Source of the DNA: Bacteroidota bacterium | Lineage (GTDB): Bacteria > Bacteroidota > Bacteroidia > UBA8524 | DNA: 64,000 nucleotides | Reading direction: 5' to 3' | Assembly: GCA_016124735.1 (NCBI GenBank) | Contig: WGMZ01000031.1 | Coordinates: 121,992-185,991 of the forward strand | In this document: in pieces, positions 20,299 to 31,200 of the stretch | How positions within the stretch are numbered: the first letter of the stretch is position 1 | How the letters are laid out: each line of letters starts with the position of its first letter | Notes under the pieces: generated by a model | Seen by the model: only the letters and a program-made list of their open reading frames with translations | The model's database searches: none | What the model was told of the DNA's origin: nothing | Position numbers and translations under genes: made by a program

Positions 20299-20830
20299 AT
20301 TCAATGTTTTGAGATTCAATAACTTTCTTTTGTAACCATTTTCTGGCTTTGGCTAACTGAGAACGGGATGTGCCTTCATTCACGCCGAGGGTGTCTGCAA
20401 TTTCTGCATGACTGAATCCTTCAATGGCGTAAAGGTTAAACACTACTTTGTACCCTTCGGGTAAGTCCTGAACCATCCGCATGAGTTCCCCCTGCGATAG
20501 TTTGTCCAGCACCGTTGCTTCCTGAGGCATATCGTAATTGTCGTCAATCCCGATTACCTCATTCTTAAAGCTATTCTTGCGGTATAGCTTCAAAGCAGTG
20601 TTCACCATAATCCGGCGAATCCATCCTTCAAAAGAACCGTTGCCCCTGAACTTGGAGACATTATCAAACACTTTAATAAAGCCTTCCTGCAAAATATCCT
20701 CCGCCTCGAGATCAGTACGAGCATATCGGCGACATACTGCCAGCATTTTGCCGGAGTAGGTCTTGTAGAGCGCGTATTGACTTGCCCTATCCTCGCGGAT
20801 ACACCCGTTGATCAGTTCTTCTTCACGCAT
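20285..20830 (-). CDS. ECF RNA polymerase sigma factor
   Basis: AEDILQEGFIK, FEGWIRRI, region 4 EGFSHAEIA...GTSRSQL. Confidence 0.95.
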   Translation of the reverse strand: MREEELINGCIREDRASQYALYKTYSGKMLAVCRRYARTDLEAEDILQEGFIKVFDNVSKFRGNGSFEGWIRRIMVNTALKLYRKNSFKNEVIGIDDNYDMPQEATVLDKLSQGELMRMVQDLPEGYKVVFNLYAIEGFSHAEIADTLGVNEGTSRSQLAKARKWLQKKVIESQNIEYERK

Positions 20831-20874
20831 AAATTGCAAACAAGACTTGGTTTGGCACCTTGTTCAGTAAGCCT

Positions 20875-20903
20875 AAGAGGACTTAAGTTACAGAAATGTT
20901 GCC
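20875..20903 (-). promoter_or_regulatory. Putative ECF-type promoter of the sigma/anti-sigma operon
   Basis: GGCAAC-N17-CCTCTT; very similar motif at 32909-32937. Confidence 0.5.
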
Positions 20904-21008
20904 CGTCGGCGAAAGATTTTTGATAAAATTCCCGTTCCTTCCGGGCTATCCGTCTATTATGCTTGAAAGCGAAAGATAAAAGCATGACTTTTGTTCTCGA
21001 CCATATAC

Positions 21009-23108
21009 ATGCAAAGCTTTGATATCTTCTTCCATCTGCCTGCCTGGTATTTGCTGCTCTGTACTATTTTCGCAGCAGGCGGCGCGTGGCTATTGTACCG
21101 ATTTCCACTTTTTGGAGAAGAGGACCGTCTATGGGTCCGGCGCTTTCTGGGGGCGTTCCGCTTTGCCTTTCTTTTTATCCTGAGTGCACTATTACTGGAA
21201 CCTTTAATCCGGCATGAACGAACGGAAATAGAAAAACCCGTGGTGGCCCTTCTCGTAGATGACAGTGAATCCATTCGATTGCAGAAAGATTCGGCTGATA
21301 TCAAAGCGAAACTGGCCCAGGCAATTGAACAATTGCGCTCAGGGCTTGGAAGCACCCACCAAGTCCAGGTATTTTTAGCTGCCGATGGTATCAGCGAAGG
21401 CAAATCACCTGACTTAAATGCTCCGGCTACCAATCTATCGAAGGCACTGAAAGATCTTGACAATCAATTTGAAAACAGGAATCTGGGGGCAACCATTTTA
21501 TTCAGCGATGGATTGTATAATCAAGGGAGCAATCCGATTTATGTGATGCGCAAATCATCTGCACCGATCTATACCGTCGGGTTAGGCGATACAACTGAGC
21601 AAAGAGATCTTTGGATTGAAGAAGTACGACAAAACAGACTCGCATACCTGAGCAACCGCTTCCCATTATCCATCCGCTGCAAAGCCAATGATCTTAAAGG
21701 GCAGAATACCCGCCTACGCATCAAAAGTGGCGAACAATTGCTGCACGAGGAAACCCTTCAAATCAATGAAGAAGTTTGGTCGAAAACCCTGGATGTCAGT
21801 CTTAAAGCAGAGCATGCCGGGATGCAACGTTTTGATATTTCGCTCGAGGTTCTGCCTGGTGAGCACAGCCGCCTCAATAATCACAAAACCATCTACATGG
21901 AGGTGGTCGACGGGCGCAATAAAATTCTGATTTTAGCCGAAGCCCCGCACCCGGACTTAGCTGCCCTTAAAGAGGCCATAGAGAGCTACGACAAATACAA
22001 AGCAGAGGTCGTTTTAAGCTGGAATCTCGGGCCGGTGAATTGGAAAGATGTCAATCTTCTGATTCTCCATAGTTTGCCATCGCTGCGTTTCCCCATCGTC
22101 GATTATCTCGAAGATGCCGAAAAGAATAGTGTTCCCGTGCTTTATATTGTTGGTGAGTCGACTAATCTGAACCAAATCCGCACCTGGAGCCGGGGAATCT
22201 ATGTGCAAAGCAATCTAAGCGCCAGCAATGATGCCCTGGCTGCATTCAATCCAAATTTTCAGCTATTCACTTTGGAAGACGCAACGCTTTCGGCCCTGAA
22301 ACGCTTCCCTCCATTGTCCAGTCCGTTTGGGAATTATTCTCCCGTTCCCGACAACAGGGTGTTGTTCAAGCAAAAAATTGGAATGGTAGAATCAGGCGAT
22401 CCTCTTTTAGCCTTTTCAGATGATGCCGGACAAAAGACGGGTGTATTGTTTGGAGAAGGATATTGGCGCTGGCGATTGTACGATTACGAATTGAACGCTA
22501 ACCACAATGCCAGCGATGAAATAATCCAGAAAGTCGCCCAATATTTAGTAGCGAAGAAAGACAAACGGCCCTTTCGGGTGATTCCCGTTAAACAGCGTTT
22601 CGATGAAAACGAACGCCTTTTGTTCAGGGCCGAACTGTATAATGCCAGTTTTCAACTGGTCAATGAGCCTGACGTATTTTTAAAAGTACGGAACAGCCAG
22701 GGCAAGGAGTTTACCTATCAATTCACGCGAGATCAGGACGCCTATTCATTGGATGCTGGTTATCTTGAGCCTGGCGATTATACTTTTTCATCTACCACTC
22801 AATTTGACGGAAACCAGTACCATTCAGATGGATTGTTTTCTGTAAGTCCCCTTCAATTGGAAGCTCTCAATACACGGGCAGATTTTGATTTGCTCCGGCA
22901 ATTAGCCGACAAAAACGGTGGTCAGTTTTATACGGATGGCCAGCTTCAGAAGCTTATCAGTCAGATTGACGAGAACGAAGCCATTCACAGTATTTCTTAT
23001 ATGAAATCTAATCTGGAAGATATCATTCGTCTCCCCTGGCTTTTCTGGCTATTGGTTGTATTTATCAGCGTGGAGTGGTTTGTAAGGAAGTATTTTGGAG
23101 CCTACTAG
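21009..23108 (+). CDS. Membrane protein with VWA-like domain
   Basis: Two N-terminal TM helices, LLVDDSESI and LFSDG VWA-like motifs, C-terminal TM ending EWFVRK. Confidence 0.75.
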   Translation: MQSFDIFFHLPAWYLLLCTIFAAGGAWLLYRFPLFGEEDRLWVRRFLGAFRFAFLFILSALLLEPLIRHERTEIEKPVVALLVDDSESIRLQKDSADIKAKLAQAIEQLRSGLGSTHQVQVFLAADGISEGKSPDLNAPATNLSKALKDLDNQFENRNLGATILFSDGLYNQGSNPIYVMRKSSAPIYTVGLGDTTEQRDLWIEEVRQNRLAYLSNRFPLSIRCKANDLKGQNTRLRIKSGEQLLHEETLQINEEVWSKTLDVSLKAEHAGMQRFDISLEVLPGEHSRLNNHKTIYMEVVDGRNKILILAEAPHPDLAALKEAIESYDKYKAEVVLSWNLGPVNWKDVNLLILHSLPSLRFPIVDYLEDAEKNSVPVLYIVGESTNLNQIRTWSRGIYVQSNLSASNDALAAFNPNFQLFTLEDATLSALKRFPPLSSPFGNYSPVPDNRVLFKQKIGMVESGDPLLAFSDDAGQKTGVLFGEGYWRWRLYDYELNANHNASDEIIQKVAQYLVAKKDKRPFRVIPVKQRFDENERLLFRAELYNASFQLVNEPDVFLKVRNSQGKEFTYQFTRDQDAYSLDAGYLEPGDYTFSSTTQFDGNQYHSDGLFSVSPLQLEALNTRADFDLLRQLADKNGGQFYTDGQLQKLISQIDENEAIHSISYMKSNLEDIIRLPWLFWLLVVFISVEWFVRKYFGAY

Positions 23109-23169
23109 TTTAGGGTTGAGGGTGTAGTGTTGAGTTTTGTCTCTCAACCCTACACCCTCCGCTCTAAAC
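23108..23169. repeat. 27-bp imperfect inverted repeat made of heptamers between convergent genes
   Basis: GTTTAGG GTTGAGG GTGTAGT GTTGAG versus CTCAACC CTACACC CTCCGCT CTAAAC, 23/27 match. Confidence 0.75.
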
Positions 23170-23177
23170 CAAACAAG

Positions 23178-23738
23178 CTATCTCTTCTTCGGGAACTTCA
23201 TCCGGTAATCGGCATCCACTTTTCCTTTGCTTATATCGCTCAGTTTTTTGGTGAGGAGTCTGCGCCGGAAGGGGTTGATCAAATCAACAAATAGAATTCC
23301 ATCCGTATGATCGTGTTCATGTTGGATGACACGCGCCGCCAAACCATCAAAAGTTTCTTCCTTCAATTCGAAATTCTCATCCATGTATTCGATGGTGATT
23401 TTTTCATTGCGGCTTACTTTTTCTCGTATTCCGGGAATACTCAGGCAGCCTTCTTCAAATTCCCATTCGTCGCCTTCTTCATCTACGATATAGGCATTGA
23501 TAAACACCCGTTTAAATCCCTTAAGGTTCGGGTCATCTTCCTCAAATGGAGAAGCATCCACCACGAAAAGGCGTATGGGCAAACCCACTTGTGGGGCAGC
23601 CAGTCCTACTCCATGGCTGGCGTACATGGTTTCGAACATGTTGTCAATCAGTTCTTTGAGGTTCGGATATTCGGCGCTGATTTCATCTGCTTCTTTACGA
23701 AGCACAGAATCTCCGTATGCATGTATGGGAAGAATCAT
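23178..23738 (-). CDS. def: Peptide deformylase
   Basis: GVGLAAPQ, EGCLS, QHEHDH. Confidence 0.98.
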   Translation of the reverse strand: MILPIHAYGDSVLRKEADEISAEYPNLKELIDNMFETMYASHGVGLAAPQVGLPIRLFVVDASPFEEDDPNLKGFKRVFINAYIVDEEGDEWEFEEGCLSIPGIREKVSRNEKITIEYMDENFELKEETFDGLAARVIQHEHDHTDGILFVDLINPFRRRLLTKKLSDISKGKVDADYRMKFPKKR

Positions 23739-24145
23739 GTTTGTGCTAAAAAGTCCTGCAAAATTAACGTTGCGCTCACAGAATCCAAAAGCCGCTTATC
23801 TTTCCGGTCCTTTTTCTTGACTCCCGAGGCAATTAAACTTTGCTGAGAAATTTTAGAGGTGAAGGTTTCATCTATCCGATGAATAGGTTTCTCGGGAAAT
23901 TCGTTCCTAAGCTTGTCAATGAAAATTAAAATTTCCTTTTCAATATCCGAGGGCCTGCCATCGAGGCGAAAAGGTTGACCTACCACAAATGCTTCGACAA
24001 GCTCTTTTCGACAATATGTTTTGAGATATTCCATTAAAGAGGAAGTATCAACCGTTGTCAGAGCCGAAGCAATAATTTTAAGCGGATCCGTAACGGCCAG
24101 ACCCGTGCGCTTACCGCCATAATCGATAGAAAGTATTCTTCCCAA
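23735..24145 (-). CDS. ruvX: Holliday junction resolvase-like / pre-16S rRNA nuclease YqgF (TTG start)
   Basis: IDYGGKRTGLAVTD, IDETFTS, DSVSATLILQ. Confidence 0.95.
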   Translation of the reverse strand: MGRILSIDYGGKRTGLAVTDPLKIIASALTTVDTSSLMEYLKTYCRKELVEAFVVGQPFRLDGRPSDIEKEILIFIDKLRNEFPEKPIHRIDETFTSKISQQSLIASGVKKKDRKDKRLLDSVSATLILQDFLAQT

Positions 24146-24147
24146 AG

Positions 24148-24627
24148 CTATTTCTTATCAGGGTCGTCGCCGTCCAGTGTAAATATCACCGGCAATGTTT
24201 GTTTTACCCGAACGTGTTTCCCTCTTTGCATTCCGGGTTTCCAGTCGGGCATACCCTTTACAATTTTCACGGCGGCAGAATCCAAAAGCGGATGTGCTCC
24301 TCTAACCACCTGAACATTAGAAACTTTTCCATCCTTTTCTATCACAAAGCTTACATAGACTTTTCCAGAAATACCCTGTTCTTTCGCTTTCAAAGAATAT
24401 TCGGCGCGACTGGCAATGTATTTATACATGGCTTGCTGGCCTCCCGGGAATTCCGGCATTTGCTCCACAAATAGGAAGACTTCTCCGTCTTTTTCGGTAC
24501 TCTTCTCTTCTATCGGATTCTCTTTTGGCGGATCACTGTCGTCGCGATCTCCTGCGTTCTGTTGTGCAACCACTGATGTGGTTATAAGTGCCAATCCGAG
24601 TGCGAGGGTCAATTGTCTTATTTTCAT
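24148..24627 (-). CDS. TonB C-terminal domain protein
   Basis: VEQMPEFPGG, GKVYVSFVI, WKPGMQRG. Confidence 0.9.
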   Translation of the reverse strand: MKIRQLTLALGLALITTSVVAQQNAGDRDDSDPPKENPIEEKSTEKDGEVFLFVEQMPEFPGGQQAMYKYIASRAEYSLKAKEQGISGKVYVSFVIEKDGKVSNVQVVRGAHPLLDSAAVKIVKGMPDWKPGMQRGKHVRVKQTLPVIFTLDGDDPDKK

Positions 24628-24635
24628 GGTATCTG

Positions 24636-25052
24636 CTAAAAATTCAGTTTCTTCTTCTTGGGTTTCTCCGATACTCCCAGATAAAAACGAATGGGTAAGA
24701 CATACTGAACTTCAACGGCTATGCCTTTTTGCATGCCCGGATTCCATCCCGGCATATTTCTCACTTCGATATCAGTTACCTCGCCCTTCTCATCTACTCC
24801 AAATTGTGCCACTACCCTTCCTTGAATGTTATGTTCCCGCCCATCGGATAGGGACCATCGATTATCCGAAATATACTTGAACATGGCGGTTTCTCCTCCC
24901 GGGAATTCAGGTGTATCCTCCACTATCTTGTATATAATTCCTGTGTCCTTTGGCCTCAGATTCGAGTCAAAACTTTCCCCGTTTTCCTGTGCAAGTGCTG
25001 AATAAGCAGCTAAGCTCAGGGTGAAGGCAAGGACCAGGTTTCGGATGTTCAT
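24636..25052 (-). CDS. TonB C-terminal domain paralogue with internal in-frame deletion (possibly decaying)
   Basis: PEFPGG and WNPGMQKG kept; about 16 aa missing relative to its neighbour. Confidence 0.7.
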   Translation of the reverse strand: MNIRNLVLAFTLSLAAYSALAQENGESFDSNLRPKDTGIIYKIVEDTPEFPGGETAMFKYISDNRWSLSDGREHNIQGRVVAQFGVDEKGEVTDIEVRNMPGWNPGMQKGIAVEVQYVLPIRFYLGVSEKPKKKKLNF

Positions 25053-25081
25053 TTTTGGTGAAATAGGTACTACATGAATAC

Positions 25082-26236
25082 TTAGTTTTTTCTTAAGGTA
25101 ATTCGAAAGGTTGTTCCTTTTCCAGGAGTTGATTCCTTTACGAAAATCTTACCCCGGTGGTATTCCTCAATAATACGCTTGGCGAGAGAAAGTCCCAAAC
25201 CCCAGCCTCTTTTTTTCGTGGTAAAACCGGGCTTAAAAACATCCTTTGTTTTAGATGATGGAATACCCTTACCGGTATCCCGGATATCAATATGAATGAG
25301 GTTTTTTGTCTCTGTTAGATGAAAGCTTATCTCCCCCTGTCCTTCCATTGCATCGATGGCATTTTTGGTAATATTCTCCAAAACCCAGTCGAAGAGTTGA
25401 ACATTTACCCGGGCAAAGCAATTATGGAGTTCCTCGGCATGCACTTCAAATTTGACTTTGCTGGAAGCACGGGTACTCATATAGGCTACCGATTGGTCAA
25501 TCATGGCTTTGATATCCCGGTCTTCGAGTACAGGAGTAGAGCCAATTTTAGAAAAGCGCTCCGATACCAGCCGAAGTCTTTCTATGTCTTTTTCCATCTC
25601 TCTCAGCATTTCCTCCGTGGGAGGTCCATCTAAATCTTTAAAAAGGTCAATCCAGGCAATCAATGAGGAGATAGGTGTACCCAATTGATGGGCCGTTTCT
25701 TTGGCTAGCCCAACCCATACTCTGTTCTGCTCAGACCTTCTGGATGCACTAAATGCGAGATAAGAAACCAGTAGAAATAGCGAGATGATGCCAATCTGGT
25801 AATAGGGATAGTATTTTAACTGAGTAAGAAGGGTGGAATTGTGATAGTACACATAATTTTTCCGTCCTTCCAGGTATTCAATTACGATCGGCTCATTTTC
25901 CTTTTTCATTTCCTGCAGTTGTTCCTGCAGGTATTTCGGGTCATTGGCCCGAACGGTATCAAGGTTCTGATAGTTCAGAATGGTTCCCTGCTCATCGGTG
26001 AGGATAATGGGAATATTGTTGCTGCTGGTTCGCCTGACCTCCATGAGGAAGGTTACATCCTCATCGTCTGATTCGACGAGACGTTGCATGGCCGCAGTCC
26101 ATTGATTCACCCTGTTCTGCTCCTCCCTGGCCAATTTTTTCACCAATTGGTTGGTATAAAGCAGCGACATGATGGCAATATTCACTGCAAAAATGAGCAG
26201 TACGATTTTCCAAATCAGTTTCAGCTGAAAAGACAT
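25082..26236 (-). CDS. Sensor histidine kinase
   Basis: Two TM helices, ETAHQLGTP H-box, NITKNAIDA, DTGKG, GWGLGL; start chosen from TAATTTCG element 5 nt upstream. Confidence 0.93.
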   Translation of the reverse strand: MSFQLKLIWKIVLLIFAVNIAIMSLLYTNQLVKKLAREEQNRVNQWTAAMQRLVESDDEDVTFLMEVRRTSSNNIPIILTDEQGTILNYQNLDTVRANDPKYLQEQLQEMKKENEPIVIEYLEGRKNYVYYHNSTLLTQLKYYPYYQIGIISLFLLVSYLAFSASRRSEQNRVWVGLAKETAHQLGTPISSLIAWIDLFKDLDGPPTEEMLREMEKDIERLRLVSERFSKIGSTPVLEDRDIKAMIDQSVAYMSTRASSKVKFEVHAEELHNCFARVNVQLFDWVLENITKNAIDAMEGQGEISFHLTETKNLIHIDIRDTGKGIPSSKTKDVFKPGFTTKKRGWGLGLSLAKRIIEEYHRGKIFVKESTPGKGTTFRITLRKN

Positions 26237-26282
26237 CCTGACGAAATTACCCAAAAAGCGCACTATTCTTTAATTTGCTGCC

Positions 26283-27014
26283 GTGATTCTTGAAACAAAA
26301 CATGGCCGATTCGACCTGGATCAGGGTTTGGATCTGAGTATACCCGTTCGGCGGGGAGAAAATTCTGTGGAAGCATTCTATATCCCGCATGCCCGAATGG
26401 AGCCATTCTGTGCCGGCGGATTTGTTGGCTCTGTTACCGAAGGTGGCGCCTGCAATTGCGAAAACATTCACTTCAATGCACATGGAAACGGAACCCATAC
26501 CGAGTGTGTTGGACATGTAAGCCGCGAGGCCCATTACCTGCTCGATAGTCTTCACCGCCATTTTTTTGAAGCGCAAATTGTGAGCATCGCTCCCATAAAA
26601 CAAGAAGATGGAGATCATTTGGTTCTTCCTCATCAGATTCCCAACGAATTGCCCGAGGCACTCATTATCCGCACACTTCCCAATTCGAACGAAAAGAAGA
26701 CAAAAAAATATTCCGGAACCAACCCGGTTTATCTGCATCCGGATACTGCTACTAAAATCCGGGAAGCCGGTGTGAAACACTTATTGATTGATCAACCATC
26801 GGTTGACAAAGAAGAAGATGGAGGCGCCCTTGCAGCACATAAGAATTACTGGAATTATCCTACTCACCCACGACTCGATGCTACCATTACTGAATTGATC
26901 TATGTTTCAGAAAGCATTCCTGATGGATTTTACCTTTTGAACCTGATGACTCCCTCAATGGAGAGTGATGCAGTGCCGAGCAAGCCGATGATATTTGCAC
27001 CCATTGAAGAATAA
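26283..27014 (+). CDS. Cyclase family (kynurenine formamidase-like) metal hydrolase
   Basis: HGNGTHTECVGH, LLIDQPSVD. Confidence 0.85.
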   Translation: MILETKHGRFDLDQGLDLSIPVRRGENSVEAFYIPHARMEPFCAGGFVGSVTEGGACNCENIHFNAHGNGTHTECVGHVSREAHYLLDSLHRHFFEAQIVSIAPIKQEDGDHLVLPHQIPNELPEALIIRTLPNSNEKKTKKYSGTNPVYLHPDTATKIREAGVKHLLIDQPSVDKEEDGGALAAHKNYWNYPTHPRLDATITELIYVSESIPDGFYLLNLMTPSMESDAVPSKPMIFAPIEE

Positions 27015-27039
27015 AATATTCTCTTCGATAAATCGAGGT

Positions 27040-28161
27040 TTATTGGATCATCAACTTGGCTCTCTCTTTACGGCCACCTTCTGATTCCAACTCAAGAATA
27101 TAGGTGCCCGAAAGGATGCCGGAAATATCCAGCCAGTACTTTTCTCCCTGTGCTGATTTGTTTATCACAATTCTTCCGCTCAGGTCATAAAGTCGAACGG
27201 AAATTAGCCCTCCGGAAGTTCCAATCCAAACGCCACCGGAGGCAGGATTTGGGTATATGTTAAACTTCCCATCCACCTGTTTCAGTCCGTTGGTTTGCAC
27301 CTGAACCGACCATTCTGCGGTATCATGGCAACCGTAATCATTGATAGCCACAAGGCGGTATTGGGCATCTTCCCAAAGCTGAACCTGCAAGACATTGCTC
27401 TTTTCGGCTAACTCAATCGTTTGCCCGAAATAAAGATGATACCACTGGTAATCCAATGCCTTGCTATAGGATGAGGTTGCCTTAAGTTCATACATCCCCG
27501 CTGCCGGTAATTTCGTGTAGCCTACTCCGTCTATTTTCAGTTTGATCCCCTGTTTCACCCATATTGTGTCTTTGTAAGTATTCATTGCAGAAGCATCCCC
27601 AATTAAGGTGGTATAAACGTAATATTTCCCTTCTAACAAATGGGTCGTCCCGGAAAATGATCCTATTGATGCGACAAAGTTTTCCATACTGTCTCGCAGG
27701 GTAATTGAACCACCCAAGGTAGTCCAGTCATTGACTTCAGTATGGAATTCTACCCATCCACACCCAGATTCAATGGCAGAGTAGCTGATTCTTTCGGGCA
27801 TTCCATTTACCTGAATAAAAAAGGTATCTGTAGTCGAATTCATTCCATCGGATAAAGTTACATAAAACGGATAGGGTGTATGAGAGGAATCCGTTGCAAG
27901 TGGTGTCCAGCATAGTTGTGCTGAAGCATGTTTAACCATGCCATTATTGCATTGAAAAGTTGCTGTTTTCACTGGTGAATCCCAGGATATCCGGACGGTA
28001 TCGTTCGGGTCAATATCATCCGATTCAATTTGGAAACACGCTTGTTGTCCGGTAAGGACTGTAATCAATTTGAGACCTTGAACAAAAGTTGGAGGTGTAT
28101 TCTGTGCAAGAGCAGCAATGCAGAAAAATAATACCGGCAGTGTCAGGGAAATTCTTTTCAT
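27040..28161 (-). CDS. Secreted Ig-like protein with T9SS type A sorting domain
   Basis: Signal peptide; IYPNPASG...LYDLSGR...GTYILEL. Confidence 0.85.
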   Translation of the reverse strand: MKRISLTLPVLFFCIAALAQNTPPTFVQGLKLITVLTGQQACFQIESDDIDPNDTVRISWDSPVKTATFQCNNGMVKHASAQLCWTPLATDSSHTPYPFYVTLSDGMNSTTDTFFIQVNGMPERISYSAIESGCGWVEFHTEVNDWTTLGGSITLRDSMENFVASIGSFSGTTHLLEGKYYVYTTLIGDASAMNTYKDTIWVKQGIKLKIDGVGYTKLPAAGMYELKATSSYSKALDYQWYHLYFGQTIELAEKSNVLQVQLWEDAQYRLVAINDYGCHDTAEWSVQVQTNGLKQVDGKFNIYPNPASGGVWIGTSGGLISVRLYDLSGRIVINKSAQGEKYWLDISGILSGTYILELESEGGRKERAKLMIQ

Positions 28162-28213
28162 ATCTCAAAGAGAACGCATCTGACGCGAGTTTGTTGCCTG
28201 GCAATGCAGGTTT

Positions 28214-31200
28214 TTACCTAACCAGGCTAATTGTGCCGCTTAGGTTCTTCCTTCCTCCATCGTCCAAATCTACTTTTAGCTGATAGATATAGGCTCCTGT
28301 GGGAAGAAGTTCACCACTGCGTTGGTCGGTACCATCCCAATGGAAATTCGGATCGCTCGATTCGTAAATCAATGCTCCCCAACGGTCATAAATCTTGATA
28401 TGCAGGGCATAGATCCCTGTTCCTGTTACAAAGAATTCGTCGTTTAATTTGTCATCATTTGGCGTGAATCCGCTGGGCACATAGCAGCTGAAGATTTCTC
28501 TTACCTGGTAAACGGCTTCTGCGGTATCCTTGCAGCCAAACTCTGATTCAACAAAATACAAAACAGTGTAATGACCGGTATCCGCGTAGCGATGGAATGG
28601 AGCAAAGAGCTGAGAATTTGCACCGTCTCCAAAGTCCCAGTAGTTTTTATAGGCGTGGGACGTTTTATTTACGATATGCGCTGTTGGCTCTAATATGGTG
28701 CTACTCTCAGGCTTAAAACTAATTTGTGCTACTGGTTTCGGATGTACCACAATCGGCACGTATTCGGAAGTATCGGTACAACCATAAATGCTGGTCACTA
28801 CCAAACGTGTTTGGAATGTTCCCGGTGCATCATACAAATGTGCACCATAGGGGTCGCTCTTACTTTCATAAACATTGGTCTCATATTCCCAGAACCAATT
28901 GCAGTATCCGCCCAAGGCGAAATAGTCTGAAGAGAAAAGCACTTCCATCGGCTGACATCCCGTATCAAGATCAACTGAGAAATGGGTGTCTGGCAATGGA
29001 GCCAGTCGAACACTAACCGTATCATAGGATGGGAAGGAACAATTGTCTGTTAAAGTGACGACATAATCTTCTGCCGTGTAGGTAATGACTGCCTTCTTAT
29101 TGCCGTTCCCCAAACCGTGGCTCCAGGTATATTGGTAATTGGTTGGAACTCCACCACTGGCATAGGCTTTCATTACGATGGGCCGGTCGGGACATATTAA
29201 TGTATCGCCCGTTGCTACCACTTTTAATGGAGTCGAAATCTTCACTTTCACCTCTGCGGTATCCCAGGGACTGCATCCATCACTGATCATTACACGGAAT
29301 GTGGAATCAATCAAAGGTTGGACATGCTGAACCGCTCCATTCCCAACATATTCCCAATGGTAGGAATAATTTCCAAGAAGTCCGCCCTTGCCAACTGCCT
29401 GAACCGTTGCAATGGCACCGTGACAAATCGTGGTATCGCTTGGAGTTGCAGAAACTTCCAATGGGTCTCTCAAAGTCACCTTGATTGTAGAAGAGTCGTT
29501 GATTACTGTGCAGTTATCCTGCAATCTCACCGAATAAGTCGATGAAGCTGCCGGAGTTACGCTGTAAGGAATATTTGCCGGAAGGGTGGTTTCTGTGGTT
29601 CCATCGCTCCATACAAACTCATAAGTTGGACTATTTCCGCCTGTTCCGTATGCACGCAGCAAGGCGGTGTTGCTCACGCAAATCGTTGTATCGGGACTCG
29701 TACTAATGCTCAATGGGTTTCGGAGACTTACTTTGAACGAATCATCTGTTGATAACAAGGTACAGTTATCTGTGAGTGTGACCGTATACGTCGTTTCCTG
29801 ACTTGGGGTAATTTTAATGACATTTCCGGGGCCAATATTTTTCCAGTTGAATGTATAGTGTAGAGAGTCGCCTCCCGATCCGTCAACATGGAGGTACATA
29901 CTTTCGCCCCGACATATTAAGGTGTCTGACTGAACTTTGAGGTTCAAGGGGAATCTCAGGCTGATATTGATGGATGTCGTATCCGTAAAATTGGTACAGG
30001 CATCCGATAATTTCACTTTATAGGTAGTTACCTGTTGAGTTGGCACAACATATACCGAATCCCTGGATGGAAGGTTATGGTCCCAGGTGAAGGTATATCC
30101 TCCGGAAAAGCCGCCCGTTCCCCAAACATTCAGTAATATTCCCTGGCCGTTACAAATGGTGGTATCAGTACGCGAGAAAATGCGCAGTGAGTCACGCCGA
30201 AAAGCCGTAAAATAAGCGGAATCTTTTTCATCCGAACATCCTCCATCATCTACTACCAATTTAAAAGTAATTGATGTATCCTGACTTGGCCAGGTAAAGG
30301 CACTGTCCGTCTTTACCAGATTGGTATCGACATACCAATTATAATGGTATTGAGAATCCAATCCTCCGGAAGTGAGTGCATAAATATTAACCGATTCACC
30401 GATGCAAAGGGTGGTGTCTGAGCGTGGATTTGCCTTGAGGTGGCCCCTTACATTGATTGTAACGATTGCCGTATCCCTGAGTATGGAGCAACTATCGTAT
30501 AAAACCGCCTTATAAGGAGTGGTTAGGCGCGGATTGACCAATACAGAGTCTCCATAATCTACCACCGAATTATCCAGGCTGTTAATCCAGGTATAATGGT
30601 ATTGTTTCGGTTTACCCCCCGTTGCTGTGGTCGTTAACCAAACCGATTCTCCCTGACAAATTGTTGTGTCCTGGCGTGGAATCAAACGAGGCTGAGAAAT
30701 GACCCGCATAGTCATGGTGTCCAGAAAATAGCAGGATGTTGCCGAGTCTACACTTCGAAGAATAAACGAATGTGTTGAATCCGGATAAATGCTTGGATCT
30801 ACCAGGGATGAATCGTTCAGAAAAATATCTGAAAACCAGGCGAAATCTATTCCGCCACTTGCATGCAGGGTTATTGTATCGCCGTAACACATGGAGTCAT
30901 CACTCCCCGCGTTGGTTGGAGGAACCCCTTTTATGGTCAAATTTGTCTCGAATGGATAACCTCTTACAGCAGGCGCTGTTCCACTTACCCTCAAACGATA
31001 GCCAGTTCCTTCCGGCGAAGTGAGTGGTAGGACCCCGGATAAAACCCCCGAGCCCGTATCCTTTATGGAGCCAATATTAACAGCATCAAAGAAAACACCT
31101 GTCCGGTTTGACAATTCGATATAAAACATATTCGTTGTGTCAAATACTTCATGTTTGGTATACCAAACCCTGATAGAGTCACCAGGGCAGGCTGTTTTTG

